From NCBI RefSeq assembly GCF_009914755.1, contig NC_060928.1: a stretch of DNA of 64,000 nucleotides; one strand, 5' to 3'. Each line of letters begins with the position of its first letter. Position 1 is the stretch's first letter. The stretch comes from the human T2T-CHM13v2.0 reference genome, Homo sapiens. The translations under genes were made by a program, and so were the position numbers. The notes beneath the pieces are model-generated. The model ran no database searches. It saw nothing but the letters and a program-made list of their open reading frames with translations, and had not been told where the DNA came from. Below, piece by piece: positions 1-14,221 of the stretch.

Positions 1-2529
1 GGAGATAAATTATTTCCACATTTCTTTGCTACTGTATTTCTTTATTATTACATTTATTTATGGTGAAAGAATGCATCTCTAAGTATTTGGCATTTCTTGC
101 GCATAAGATTAGTGGAAAGATAAGGCTGTCAGGAAACGTTAAGGGATTTTGGGTTCATTTAACCCATGGGTTTCAGGGAAGCAGTGGAAAAGGCAGAGGC
201 TGGTACAGGAATGTGCACTCAATCATTTACCAAGTATTTACTGAGCACCTACTGTGTATAGCTCATTGCACCAGCACTAAATGCACAGTGGTCAGCAAAA
301 CAGATTCCATGTCCACATGAACTAGCAGTTGCTAAGCAATGTGGTTGGCATCTCCTACCCAGTTTTCAATGATTAATCCTATGTTTAAGCAGTTCTATAA
401 TTCAACAAACATTAATTCAATGAAATAAAAAATCAGAAGTTTTTTTTTAAAAAATTCCAGTTCCTCCCATCCAAGACCTCAGCCTAGGGTGGAGAGACAA
501 ATAAACCAGCTATTAAGTTTCATAATAGGAGTACAACCAAGAGTGCTAAGGGAACATCCAGGAGGGACAACCTAAGTACTATTCCAGGTAGAAAGAAAGG
601 CTCAGAGGCAGGAGAGCTTGGCATACTTCAAAAGCTTCAAGTAGGAGACAGGAATGCATCTCTGCCATGCAGAGGATGCAATCTAGGCTCAAACACACTG
701 AGCTCAGAAGTCAAAGTCCTAACACTGGCCTACCCAAGACTAATGACACCTCCATCACCTTGACCTCATGGTTCACCTCCTTCCAGCCAACCCCTTACTG
801 TTCTGTGAATGTGCCAAGCACCCTGCTTCAGAGCCTCAGCACTTGCTCTTCTCTCAGTCCTACAATTCTCACTCCCTTGGCTGCCTCAAATCTCTTCTAA
901 TGGACCTTTACAGAGAGGCCTTCTGATTCAGACCTCTATAAATGGCAATCCCACCCATACTTTAGCACCCCAATGATTGTATGATGTCACTGACAGTTAT
1001 AATAATATAGTATATAATGTACTATGTATTATAATAATTGACAATTATTGACAGTACAATTGACAATAGTAATACTTGTTATCTACTCCCCTCACCACTA
1101 GAATTTAAGCTCCCTGATATAGCGCTATCACCCAGCACTGTGCCTAACAGACAGCAGACACTCAAGTCTTTTTTTAAAAAATGAACAAATGAATGGCTGT
1201 CAGAGATGTGACTGGAGAAGCTGGAGCCAGGTTACAAAGAGTTTTTTATAGACTGCAACCCCATGTTTTAGCGCCTCTTTGATAATGACTTAAGATCTAT
1301 TCAAGAATTTTAAGCAGAAAAAAAAAGGTATACTGGAAAGACCACAATTTCACATTTTAAAAAATTAAAACAAAAAACAATTCATTTTGGAAAGAGTGTG
1401 AGGGTAATCTATGAGAAGACGTGAGACTGCAGTTAAGTAGAATATTTAAAAGACCTCTCTAATACTTCAGCAGGGAAATACAGGCCCCAAAATTGTCTTC
1501 TGGCAGGTGGAGGTTGAAAATGATAAACATTTAGAAGATAAAAACAACTGGACCTGATGCTTAATTAAATGTGAGACGTGAGGAAGACTGAGGAGTGGAT
1601 GATGACTGCCAGTCTCAATCTAGTGACAGAACAGGTGCTAACAGCATTTACTCAAGCTGAGGAGATAGGAGAAGAAAATACATTTTGGAAGAACGATTAT
1701 GAGTTACATTTGGGCCATGCTGAGGTTGACATGCCTGTGTAAATATCTCAGCAGATATGTCTAAACCAGCAGTTGGACATATCCCAGCAAAAAATCAGTG
1801 GTTCAGATGTCATTAATACTTGTCACACAAACAAAACTTGATGAACTTCATGGCAGCAATAAAAATCAAATACACTTAACTAGGAATAAACATTACAGTA
1901 TTAGATGAGAATTAGCCTAAATGTTAAAAAAGGAAGGCTATAATCTTATCTATATTAACGCTTCTTACAAGATCTGGGGATGAGTTCAAAGATAATATGA
2001 TCGAATTATGTCAGTCTATGAATGTTAGAAATAAGCAAACTACCAAAAAATACCTCAATAGTATAGTAAATGTTTGTTTTTTTGGTTTTTACCCTAGTTT
2101 TACTTCCCATTAACCTTCCTAATTTCAACTGAGATTGGGTAGGGGCAATAAATGTAGGCTTTAGAGGCCTGTTATTTGAAAATAATATTCCTGATATGTT
2201 TGCTATTTGCATTTTCTCTCATCTCTGGATAACTGCACATTCTATTAATGCTACACAGCCACTTCCCCTAACTACTCAACCTCCAGATTTCTCAATGAAG
2301 ACAATGCTTCCTCCTGGAAGTCCTTCCAAACTTTGAAGTCTGAGTTCCATGCCCACCCCACCTCCACACCATATGTACCTACCTACAGCATCCACACCTC
2401 ACGTATGTGATACCCTATTCAACAGTCTCTTCCACTCAACTGTAAGCTCTATCATGATAAGGACCTTGAATACTACATGCACAAGACATTCGTGTATGTA
2501 TACGAACAAATGTATGAATCAATGACTGA

Positions 2530-2832
<303 letters not shown>

Positions 2833-2964
2833 TGAATGAATGATATCTTATTCCAACGGGGCAACCCAGTATTCTACTACTGAAAATTAAATGTTGATAT
2901 GAGCTATGTGTAATTTAATCCTTTGTCCACACTAAAACTACGTGAAATTTCAAAGACAGATTTT

Positions 2965-3283
<319 letters not shown>

Positions 3284-4149
3284 CTAACTTGACAGTCCTC
3301 AAGATTTTAAAATAAAGAACAATTCAATGAGTTTACAGAACTTGGTGAAATCCCATCAAAGCAAATTGTTGGCATACAGGGAGCCACAAAGAATCTTTTT
3401 TTCCCTTTAAGTCCAAGTAAAATTGAAAAAAAAAATTCTTTATGATAAATTTTTTAATTCTAATTTTCTAAACAAAGCTTTATCTACCTGTTTAAAATGG
3501 TTCATTTTTTAAATTGCTAACAGCTAAGCATTAGAATAATTCCCTAATGATTATTCCTTTACAAAAAGTAATTTTAACAACATGAAAGATGAGTGCACAG
3601 TAAAAACTCAACAAACAGCCTTTAAAGGCTGCAGCCTTCATAGTGAGATCATAACTGATGCCCAAGCTAAAGAAAATTATTTTTTTATAAATATCTATCA
3701 TAAACTTTCTATACTGAGTCTAAACACTACTGAAAATAAGAGTAAAAAAATTTAAAGGAGATCACTACACATATAATAAATGGCTAAAGTTTTAATAACT
3801 GACAATACCAAGTGCTGATAAAGATGTAAAGCAACTGAAACTCTCAGATATTGCTGTAGGAATGTAAAATGATATCACCATTTAGGAAAACAATTCAGTA
3901 GTTCAATAAAAAGGTTACTGATATTAATAAATATACACTTATCCTAGGACTCAAAAATCCCACTCCTAGGTATTAACTCAAGAAAACTGAACATTTTTGT
4001 CCCTCACATAGACCTGTATGCAAATGTTTATAGCAGCTTTATTCATATTTGATCAAAACTAGAAACAACTCAAATGTCCATCAGTTTATGAATGGATGAA
4101 CAAATTGTGTTACCCTGGTGTAAAACAATGTTACTCAACAAAAAAAGGA

Positions 4150-4342
4150 ACTGTGCTGGAGCTGGCTGGTACCAGCTCATGGGAGCCCATTGTTAAATTT
4201 TCAGGAATTCTGTAAGCTGGTAGCTTAATTTAGGCCATAGTGACAGTGTTTACACTACAATGATTAGCGAATGCTATAAATCAGAGATTCTTTTTTTTTT
4301 TCTGAAGAGTATGTTGTTAAGACATTTCCCAGCACATCACTG
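4150..4342 (+). mobile_element. MER63-like hAT MITE inserted in an old L1M 3' end (~3750-4680)
   Basis: TGTGCTGGAGCTGGCT... and ...CCAGCACATCACTG inverted termini. L1M-type 3' sequence continues on both sides. Confidence 0.65.
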
Positions 4343-4670
4343 AACAAAATACTGACACATGTAACAACTTAATAAATATCAAGCATTACGCTAAGTGCAA
4401 GGGAACACGAAAGGCTACATAATGTATAATTCCATTTATATATGCCAGACGAGATAAAACTTTAAGAGCATCAATTAAATTAACGGTTTTCAGGGGCTGG
4501 GAGTGTAGAGGTAGAGGACTGACTCATGACAGGGCATGAGTGAACTTTTTAGAGTAACGGAAACGTCCTTTTCTATGTCTTGACTGTGGTGGAGACTATC
4601 CAATTATAGACATTTGTTAAACTTTTACTTTCACTACATGTAAATTATGCTTCAATAAACATTACTCTAA

Positions 4671-5004
<334 letters not shown>

Positions 5005-5159
5005 TAATCATTTCATGGATGATAAATACACCACACACACCAAGGGGGAACTGGATTTATCAGTGTAAATATCAGGAAGGCAGATTTTGACTCGACATAA
5101 ATAGAAATATAGATTTAAAATGTAAAAACAAACAAACAAAAAAACAAAAAAAAAAAAAC

Positions 5160-5460
5160 GGCCTGGCACGGTGGCTCACGCCTGTAATACCAGCATTTTG
5201 GGAGACAGAGGCAGGCAGACCACTTGAGCTCAGGAGTTCAAGACTAGCTTGGCCAACAGGGTAAAACCCCGTCTCCACTAAAAATACAAAAATTAGCCAG
5301 GCGTGGTGGCGAGGGTCTATAGTCCCAGCTACTTGGGTGGCTGAGGCACGAGAATCTCTCGAAACCCGGGAGGCAGAAGTTGCAGTGAGCCCAGATGATG
5401 CCACTGCACTCCAGCCTGGGCAACACAGCAAGACTCCATCTCAAAAGAAAAAAAAAAAAA
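5160..5460 (+). mobile_element. Alu
   Basis: Dimeric Alu with poly-A. Confidence 0.95.
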
Positions 5461-6204
5461 GGTCAAGAAAAAAAAAAGAAGAGGGGAAATTCGTAATCAC
5501 AGGAAATACTAAAATCAGAGGTGGATGATCCTGCCAAAGATGCTGTAGAAATGACCCTAGTTCGGGTGTGATTTCAGACTAGCATCATTAACAGAGGTTA
5601 GTATCATTAAGATCTCTTCATACTGGGGGTCCAGGGCTCTAAAATCTTATGATATTGTATGCTATGATAATCTCAGATATACTTTGCAATTCTAACTAAA
5701 ACATCAATTACTTATTTTAACATCAATCAAATGGTATTACCGATCAAAGTCTAGTATACCCTGTTTATGAATGCTGGCTCTAACTTCAGACAGTCTGGGT
5801 TCACATGTTGGCCCACCAGTGTTTGTATGACTTTAAAACAACTTGTTCTATTTCCCCATCTGTAAAATGGGATTAATATTTTCCTTCGATTTAAATGAGA
5901 ATGTGTTAGAAACAACGTCTATGTGCTGAACTCTTAATCACAAACATTTCTTGGGCATAATCAGAAATGAAGGACATAAATCATCAAATGTAATTTAAAA
6001 ATTTTAGCTTTCCAAATATGGAATATGTATTCTTTAATTTTATATCTAGAAGTTCATAATCTTTTACAGACCCATATCCTTTTGAGAATGTGATCACCCA
6101 ACAGAGTCTTTATCTAGGAAAAAAGCAAATATATGCTATATTCTGCATATGATTTCTGGGAAGCCAAGGACCCTCAGAAGTATATGCATGAAATTAAGAA
6201 AGAA

Positions 6205-6511
6205 GCAGGGCATGGTGGCTCACATCTGTAATCCCAGCACTTAGAGAGGCTAAGGCAGGAGGATCACTTGAGGCCAGGAGTTCAAGATCAGCCTGAGCAA
6301 CACAGGGAGACCCTCATCTCTACAAAAAATAGAAAAATTAGACAGGCATGGTGGCATGCACATGTAGTCCTAACTTCTTGGGAGGCTGTGGGAGAAGGAT
6401 CACTCGGGCCCAGAAGTTCAAGGCTGCAGTGAACCGTGATCGTGCCACTACACCCCAGCCTGGGCAACAGGGCAAGACCCTGTCTCTAAAAAAAGAAATA
6501 AATAAATAAAT
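6205..6511 (+). mobile_element. AluJ
   Basis: Dimeric Alu with J-type diagnostics (GTTCAAGGCTGCAGTGA). Confidence 0.9.
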
Positions 6512-6706
6512 TAAGAACAACTGATGTAAACTTTTAAAATTGCAAAGTTGAGCAGTGGAATTTAAGAATCTCTTCAAAGCAGAGAATCCAACTAATATTG
6601 AAATATACTGTCATTTACTTTTTCAAAAACAGATTATGCAAGAGTAGAACATTGTATTTTCTAACTTATCCCTCCTTTTTGGAGGTGATACAAATTTTTT
6701 GAAACA

Positions 6707-6838
6707 TTTTTTTTTTTCTTTACAAAAATTGTTTTCTCTTTGTTGCCCAGGCTGGTCTCTAACTCCTGGCCTCAAGTGATCCCCCAGCCTTGGCCTCCCA
6801 AAGTGCTGGAATGACAGGCATGACCCACTGTGACCCAC
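6707..6838 (-). mobile_element. Alu monomer
   Basis: Left-arm sequence CCTCCCAAAGTGCTGG. Confidence 0.8.
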
Positions 6839-8226
6839 CAAAAGCATACATATATTTCAGATGAATCCATTTTAACTCATGGAAAGAAACTAGCAGTAGA
6901 AACCTCTTTCTAGCAGCTTGAGATAGAATGGTTCAAAGTATTAACATACTTTACTATTGCTCAAATATCATAGGAAGAGTTCTCAATTCTAATGCAATAT
7001 ATATTTTTAAACATAAAAACATACCAACCTAATTCCTATACTTAAGAGTCTCATGATAAAGTTTTATTTTTTTTAAAGTCGGATTTTTTTACTAGACTTA
7101 TGCACTAATACAACATGTTTTTCTATAAATTAGCACATTTTTAGTTCTGTTTTATGTTATGTTTGTTACGTCGCCTGATAGTCGAAACCAGTTGTTCTCA
7201 ACCTGCTACCAAATACCAACCTGGAAATATGCCACTATTTAAAAAGCCCGAAGAATAGGGTTTTGTTTTTCCTTTTTAATTGTTTGGTGTTCAAACTACA
7301 TAGTAAACCAGTTGGCAACCATTACTGAACAAAAATAGTTTTTCGTATGCATGAGCACCATTTTCCAACAGAAAACACTTAACCATTTTTAAGGTACTGG
7401 AAGTCCATGCAAGGGTTCACATATGCAGTAAATATCCTTTCAATCTGGTTGTATCACATTGTTTCTGTGAAAGGAAGACCTGATATTGCAGATCTCACAA
7501 TTAAATGGTAAAAATCAATGAAAAACTGCACCTGAGGCTCAAACACTAGCCAGATGGCCTTTGGTTGGAAAGGTCTCATCTGCTTCTTAAATCCCGCCGT
7601 AACTGTGAATGTTTGCGATGCCACCACATCCCCAGTACAAGAGAACTGGAGCATCTCTGGCTCCTTCCATAATCGAAGGGCTTCCAGCGTAGGGCGTAGG
7701 GGGAGAGGCCCGAAGCCCTGGAGACAGCGCCCGAGGGATGGAGGCCGCGCTCGGCTGCGCTCAGGTCCGGGTGGCTCCGGGAGCTGAGACCCCGCAGGAT
7801 GCAGCGGGGGGGGGCCAGGGCCTGATCCCCTACCCCTGCGAGCCAGGGCCGCCTACGCCCCCACTGCTTCCCACAGGTAACGTCCAGCCCTCTCCTCCCC
7901 TATCCCCCGAAATATCCCGGTTCCGCTCCGCTCCGCTCGCCGCCCGTGACCCCGACCCCGACCCGTCCGCGACGGCGCCCTCCCCAGGAGGCAGCGGAGG
8001 ACTAGGGCCAGGCCGCCCACCCTGGCGGCGGCGGCGGCTCCCGGCCAAGGCGGACCCTGGGGAGGACAGCAGCTGGGCCGCGGCCTGTCCCTAGGGGGAG
8101 CGGGCGCAGGGCCGCGAGTGGGCAGCGCCTCCGCCCCGCACGAACAAAGCGGCCAGGCGCGCCGGGCCGAGGCAGCACCGCCTCTCCGGGAGCGCGGGGG
8201 GCGGGGAGGATGGCGGGGGTACTCAC

Positions 8227-8720
8227 CTGAGGGCCGGCGGAGGGCGCGGGCGGGACAGGCCCAGGAGACGGGACCGCGGCGGGCCGGGGCTCCGCGCCGA
8301 GGGCGCACGGGCTACGGGGAAGGGGCGACCGGCGCGACGTCCGCGGCGGGGCCCGGGAGCCCCGCGCCGCGGGCCGGGGGCCGGGGCCCGAGCTCGATTC
8401 TGCGGCCGCGAGGTATGGGAACCGGTCCGCCGGGCCAGGCAGCGGTGCTAGGCAGCAGGGGCAGCGACGCCGCCGCCTTTCCCTTCTCCTGCCCCCGTCC
8501 CTGCTCCGCCGCGTCCTCGTCCTCGCTGGGTCCCCGCCGCCGCCGCCTCAGCCTCGGCGCTCCTCGGGTTTCTTCTCTCCATCAAGGCCGGGCCGACCCG
8601 CAGGGACCATCCCGGAAAGTGAGGGGTTGTTGCCGTTTCCCGCAGCTGTTGGTGGCCATCTTTAATCCTCCTCCTCCTCCTGCTTTCTCCACCTCCCGCT
8701 GGCTGTCTGACTGACTGACT
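8227..8720 (-). other. WDFY3: Non-coding first exon (5'UTR) of WDFY3; TSS end approximate
   Basis: Strong donor CAG|GTGAGT on the minus strand (plus strand actcac|ctg, intron starts at 8226). The minus-strand text GCGGCCGCAGAATCGAGCTCGGGCCCCGG...CCGCCGGCCCTCAG matches my recollection of the WDFY3 mRNA 5' end. Positions 1-8226 would be intron 1. Confidence 0.75.
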
Positions 8721-8759
8721 GGATCCTCCTCTTTCCCCTCCTGCTCCTCCTACTGAGCC

Positions 8760-9145
8760 GGCCGCAGAAATTGCAGCCGCTCAGCTTCTACCCCCTCCTG
8801 CCTTTCCTTCCTCTTTCCTTACTTCCTTCCCTTCCCTCGGCTTCCCGCTCTTGCCTCACTCTCAGCGGCTGCCTTCGCCCCTGTCTGCAGACAGCGCCGC
8901 TGGATGCTCCCAGCTGGACTTCAACCCCACTCCTCTCAGTCCCTCTCCCCACTGCCTTCCAGACGCGCCTCTTCCCCGCCCCGCGCCCCTCTCTCCTCTC
9001 CCACCCCTGCCCCTCTCCGCGGCGCTCACCCTCCTCAGTCCCAGTTTCTGAAAGGACTCAGCTGAGAAAGGACAACTGGGTTCCGCTTTCCTTAACCCTA
9101 CACCCTTTAGCTGGATGCTGTCAGAGGCGATGGAGAAACGCAAAG
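8760..9145 (+). ncRNA. WDFY3-AS2: Exon 1 of divergent lncRNA (WDFY3-AS2-like); start approximate
   Basis: Pyrimidine-rich plus-strand segment of the CpG island ending at donor AAAG|GTGCGT (9146). Head-to-head with WDFY3 exon 1. Confidence 0.65.
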
Positions 9146-9249
9146 GTGCGTTAATTTTACTCTAGCCAGGGTATAAAAGAACTGCCCACGCCAGCTATTG
9201 TACTACGCAGCTTCGAAACTCCTGCACGCTCTCCTGTGTGGCTCCCGTC

Positions 9250-9267
9250 CGTGATGGGACTGTAGTT
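9250..9267 (-). promoter_or_regulatory. ZNF143/THAP11-type (SBS) motif
   Basis: Minus strand AACTACAGTCCCATCACG resembles ACTACAnnTCCCA with a one-nt-shorter spacer. This motif class is typical of bidirectional promoters. Confidence 0.45.
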
Positions 9268-11742
9268 GAGGAGCTCGGTCTCAAATGGTGCCTTCCGTCA
9301 GTGACCTTGAGTCGGTTGCCTAAGATTTTAGATTTTCCTTTTCCTTCCTGGGAGGGGCATTATTTATACCTTTGCAGTCCCACAAACAGTGTTTAGACCA
9401 AATAAGTATCCTTTAGTAAACCTAGAACTGCCAAGTGATCATCATTTTGCCCGTTTGTTCCTACTCAACCCAGCAGACAATTTGGGTCACGCTTCAGTTC
9501 TGGCAGTAAAGACAAACTGAGTCAGCAGTTAGGAGTGGACTCCCTTAAACAACAGAGTTAGAGTGGGGAAGTGGTCATAACATCGCTGTAATCACAAACT
9601 TGTTTTTCCTAACACTGCAATCTACAGAAGTTTCAGGATTTCCTCTAATAAACATAAGGCAAGTTGGATTTGCTGTTTTCTTCTTTTTGACGATTTTGCC
9701 TTTAGAGTTGGACCCATTTGTAATGATTTACTCGTCAATTACTCCAAGATAACAAAGTTGGAGGTAACATTGCTAACAAACACAGGTGATATATATGAGC
9801 ACTTTGTGGGGGGGGGGTGTCACAGTTTTTCTTCTGTGGGGCACTGGCTATTAAAAAAAAAAAACACCTTGCCCTTTCAAAATAAGACTAGTGTGTTCAA
9901 AGGTTAGTCCCTTAAACAGACCAAATGTGGGCAGAAATGTTTTTAAATGTAGTTTTAGATTCTACTTCAAAATGAGTAATGTTTTGAAAGTTCAAATATA
10001 AGATTTTGTAATTATAACAATTTAAGAGTTTCAAATCTCTTTGAAAAGAATATGCCAAAACAAACCTAAAAATATATTTTAGTAAAAATACCGGTATCCT
10101 TTGGTGGGGGGCGGAGCAGAATTCTAATATTTAATCCTCACGAAGTAACCTTAATTAACTGTTAGGTTCAAGATTTCAGTTGCCATCTTTCAATGCCAAT
10201 AATTTTTCCATTTGAAATCAACAACCTATACTAACATCTACAACTCTTTTAAACCCAAATAAAGTATTTGAGACAGCATTGTACAATACGTTTTGAAATA
10301 AATTATTAAAAACAAAGCACCTATGTGGGGGTGTGTGTGTGCATATGCATGTACATGTACTTTTTTTGTTCTTTCCCTTTGGCCTTTTGGTGTTTATTCT
10401 TTATTTAGATTTTGTGTTCTTCCAGTCTATTTCTAGGCAAAATACCACAAAATTCTTGACTCTTAAATATTCACTTATAAAACTGTATGTATAATAATTG
10501 GAGAAAAAAGAACGTTAGATAACATGAATATACACTGCGAAAATAGGCTGACTTCTTTTAAACATTAAGACCACCATGCATTTTTAAAGGAAGATTTTCA
10601 GTTAGAGGTTTCAGGACTCTTGTCATTGTGATTTTATTTACACTGAGGGAGGAAGAGTTACATTTTAAAATACTATAATTATATTTTTCTGTTAAAACAT
10701 ATATTGCAATAAAGTTCACAAATCTATCAGTATGCAAAAGCAGCCGTTTTCATATTAATGTCTTACAAACTCACAAAGGTTTTTCAGTGATAGACATAAA
10801 AATAAATGTACCAAGTTTTTTTTTTCTTTTTTACTGAAGCCACATAAACGTAAGTACTGTAATAATGGAAAAATCAGACCCTTCACATTTACTTTTTTAC
10901 AGCTCTGTCATCATTACAGCCTTTAGTCTTTGTTGCTGGCTAACTGTAGTTTCACTGTCATCTTAGGAATCAAGTACGAAAAAAAAATGATCAAATCAGG
11001 TTTTCCTGCAACATGATTATTGTTTCATATGTATTCACTCTCAGATAAAGTCAAGGTCCTCTATAAAACAAAGAATTGTGTTAAAGTGGGATAAACCCTT
11101 TGTGCAGAGGCCAGATGGAAAGAGATCTAGGCATGTGCAGCAAACTCCTCTGGGAATAGAGGAGCAAGCATGAAGGGCTATTTCTAAACAGTTCTGCACT
11201 GGGAGGCTGATCTCCAACTTACAATTCATGAATAAGGTGACTGTGGAGAATGATAACCAAGAGGCTATCTGTGACAATAAGCAAACAACCCATATTTGCT
11301 TTTAACATGATTGAAAATTCTATGAACATGAATGAGTGAAACATAATTTTAAAGGAAGGAAAATGGAGATAAAAGGTTCATGAAAAATATCTAAAAGTAA
11401 GAGGAAGAAAAAATAATAGAAAACAGCAATTTTGGAAAATTGTTAAATAATACATATTAACAGTTTGCTATTTAAACAATTATTTTCTTTATGTTAACTT
11501 TTTGTTAACATGTTTGCTTTTAAGACTATACAGGAAATAATTTAAACTTGGTCAGGTAGCATTATCCCAGAGATGAGCATATGTAATTTATAGAATTTTG
11601 AGATATTTATTCCAGAACATAGAGTGCTAAATGATGCTGGGACACAAAAATCAAAAAGAATGGAAGTGTTAATTGACATATTTAAAAATTACTGAGCCAC
11701 TATATTACATATTATATTAAATATACATTTCCATTTTTCCAG

Positions 11743-11894
11743 GCTACTAGACGCAACAATAGAATTACCATATTGTTTTTCCTGGTTTGAAAGGACCAGA
11801 TGGAAAGAAACTGGGCAAGCCAATGAAAGTCTCTGGGGATCATGGGAATTGAGTGTCTATGAAAACCATATTCCAGACAAGAATATAGTCTAAG
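11743..11894 (+). ncRNA. WDFY3-AS2: Exon 2 (152 nt) of divergent lncRNA
   Basis: Acceptor tttccatttttccAG|G at 11741-11742 and donor TAAG|GTAAAT at 11895. No long ORF. Confidence 0.65.
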
Positions 11895-12535
11895 GTAAAT
11901 GTTCTCATAATCTCCATTCTTTAGAAAAGACAATATTTCTGTTCTGCATCTTCCTCTTTAGGTGGACTGTCAAAAATATCAATTGAATAATGACAAGCCA
12001 TATTTATCTGCACTGATTGAAATTTAGTATCATTCTTCACTCCTCAATTTATAGAACTACTTATAATTAACTGATGAGCTGTCCCTGAGACAGTGCCATT
12101 TATAGTCATTACTGCACTCTAATTGGGGAGAAATGCTTTTAGAAAGTTCTAATTAGAGATTTTTTCTGTTGTTTTTCTTATAAATACATTCAAAAGAGGT
12201 ATTGGAGAGTTTGTTTTGTTTTGGGAAGAGGCATGTGTGTAGCTCGATGTATTGTTTCTCTTTATACTTAAGTAAGTAATATGTAATAAAGCTTCTTTAA
12301 ACTTTAAAGAGTAACAGGCTCACAGGAGGAAACAGAATAGTATCACGTTTTGCCCTTGTTCATCATAATTATCAGCATTATAATAGAGATGGGGGATTGA
12401 AGACTTTTGTTATTAATAAATTCTATTTCTACTTAAAGTTAAAGGTCCTCTTCATTTTCAGTTCCTTTATGTTTCTCTATGGAGAGTTCAGACTTTTAAA
12501 ACCAGTATATTTACAATGTTTTTACAAGATAAATA

Positions 12536-12975
12536 CACTTCACCCTTGAACAACACAGGTTTGAAATATGCAAATCCACTTCTATGTAGATTTTCTGCCA
12601 CCTTGGCCACCCCCCTGAGACATCAAGAACAACTCTTTCTCTTCCTCCCCTTCTCAGCTTATTCAACCTGAAGATGATGAGGATGAAAACCTTTATGATG
12701 ATCCTTCTCCACTTAATGAATAATAAATATATTTTCTCTTCTTCATGATTTTCTTAATAGCATTTTCTTTTCTCTGCCTTTATTGTAAAGATAAGTAATA
12801 CATATACAAAATATATGTGAATCAGCTTTATGTTATCAGTAAGGCTTCTGGTCAACAGTAGACTATTAGTAGTTAAGTTTTTGGGGATTCAAATATTACA
12901 CACAGATTTTCAACTGCACAGCAGCCAGGGAGGGCAACAGCACTCCTAACCCTGGCGTTGTTCAAGGGTCGACTG
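12536..12975 (+). mobile_element. Tigger2a/MER28-like non-autonomous DNA transposon
   Basis: TIRs CACTTCACCCTTGAACAACA ... GTTGTTCAAGGGTCGACTG with TA flanks. Confidence 0.85.
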
Positions 12976-13540
12976 TATAGTAGTATACACATTGAGCATA
13001 TTTCACTCATTAAAAATTCTGGTGAAAAATTATTCAAATGGCTCACTATAGATCATCTAGTGCAAACTTTGTAGCAATTTGAATGAAATCCAGGTCTCCT
13101 GACTCAGTCTCAAGTCCCATAACTTCAGAGTTGACAGGGCTCATCTTAGAGGAGAGAAACTCAACCAAAGAAACTTTTAACTGTGCCATCTTCAGTTAAA
13201 TATAATTTAAACTTAATTTCCAGAATTAATGTTCAGCGTTGACCTTTCTTAGAAATAAAGCTAAGGAATAAAGTAAATAAACAGGGTTTTCCTGTTTACA
13301 AAAATGAGAGCAATTGTTTGCAATTAATGTAAAAAGCAAATTTAAAGATAGCTTAAGAAAGCTCAAGTTGACTAAAAAATGTGCGATTTTTAAAAACCTA
13401 AAACAACTCCTATAACATTTATTTATGGTTCAAAAAGTATAAAGTTAACTCAAAAATACTGTGTTATTTCATGGATTAAGTTAAAAGTGAGTGTTGCAAG
13501 ACTCAGGAAACAAACCTCAGTTAGCTAAATAAAGTAAAAC

Positions 13541-13557
13541 ACTGCCATCTGCTGACT
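13541..13557 (-). promoter_or_regulatory. Candidate CTCF site
   Basis: Minus strand GTCAGCAGATGGCAGT closely matches the CCASYAGRKGGCRS core. Lies in non-repetitive-looking sequence. Confidence 0.5.
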
Positions 13558-13714
13558 AGAATGAAAAATTAGTTGGTCTTTTACCATCTGTAACCAGCGA
13601 GAGGTCTGTTAATTTATTCCATAATTCTTTAAAGTATGCTAAAAAGCACTATGCTGGGTGATACAAAATTACTCAGTCTCCTAGATGGACACCTAGGACT
13701 ATATCCTATGCTAC

Positions 13715-14221
13715 TGTATTAGTTAGGGTTCTCCAGAGAGACCAAACCAATAAAATATAGATACAGATACAGGAGAGGGGATTTATTAGAATTGGCTTAT
13801 GCAATTATGAAGGCTGAGAAGTCCCACAACAGGCCATCTGCAAGCTAGAGACCCTGGGGTGCCAGTAGCGTGGCTCATTCCAAGTATGTAGGCCTGAGAA
13901 CCCAGAGGGGAGCTGGTGTGAGTCCTGGTATCCAAAGGCTGGAGAGCCTGGCATTCTCATGTCCAGGGGCAGAAGAGTGTATCCCGACTTCAGGACAGAG
14001 AGACCAATTCACTTTTCCTCTGTTTTGTTCTATCTGGGCCTCCAGCTGATTGGATGATGCCCACCCACATTGAGGGTGAATCTTCCCCACTTAGTCCACT
14101 GAGACTCACGCTCCAATTGCCTCTAGAAACACCCTTACAGACACACCCCAAAATTATGCTTTATCACTTCGCTATATATTCATTAATTCAGTCAGGTCAA
14201 TACCTAAAATTAATCATCACA
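13715..14221 (-). mobile_element. MLT2B-type solo LTR
   Basis: TGTATTAGTTAGGGTTCTCCAGAGA ... AAAATTAATCATCACA termini. Confidence 0.8.

Larger units (their letters stand above)
7650..9300. promoter_or_regulatory. CpG island / bidirectional promoter (WDFY3 and divergent lncRNA)
   Basis: Abrupt rise in GC and CpG density against AT-rich flanks. Outward-facing splice donors on both strands (8226 minus, 9146 plus). YY1-type AAGATGGC motif on the minus strand at ~8655-8662. Confidence 0.95.

Noticed and set aside
7554-8714. Long GC-rich ORFs (118-198 aa) in the CpG island
   Set aside because: Low-complexity P/G/R/A content expected from stop-poor GC-rich DNA. They overlap in all frames, several use non-ATG starts, and none shows a recognisable domain.
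8771-11894. Coding potential of the spliced lncRNA (127 aa ORF in exon 1)
   Set aside because: It starts at TTG and is low-complexity L/P/S. The ATG at 9130 gives only MEKRKGY* after splicing.
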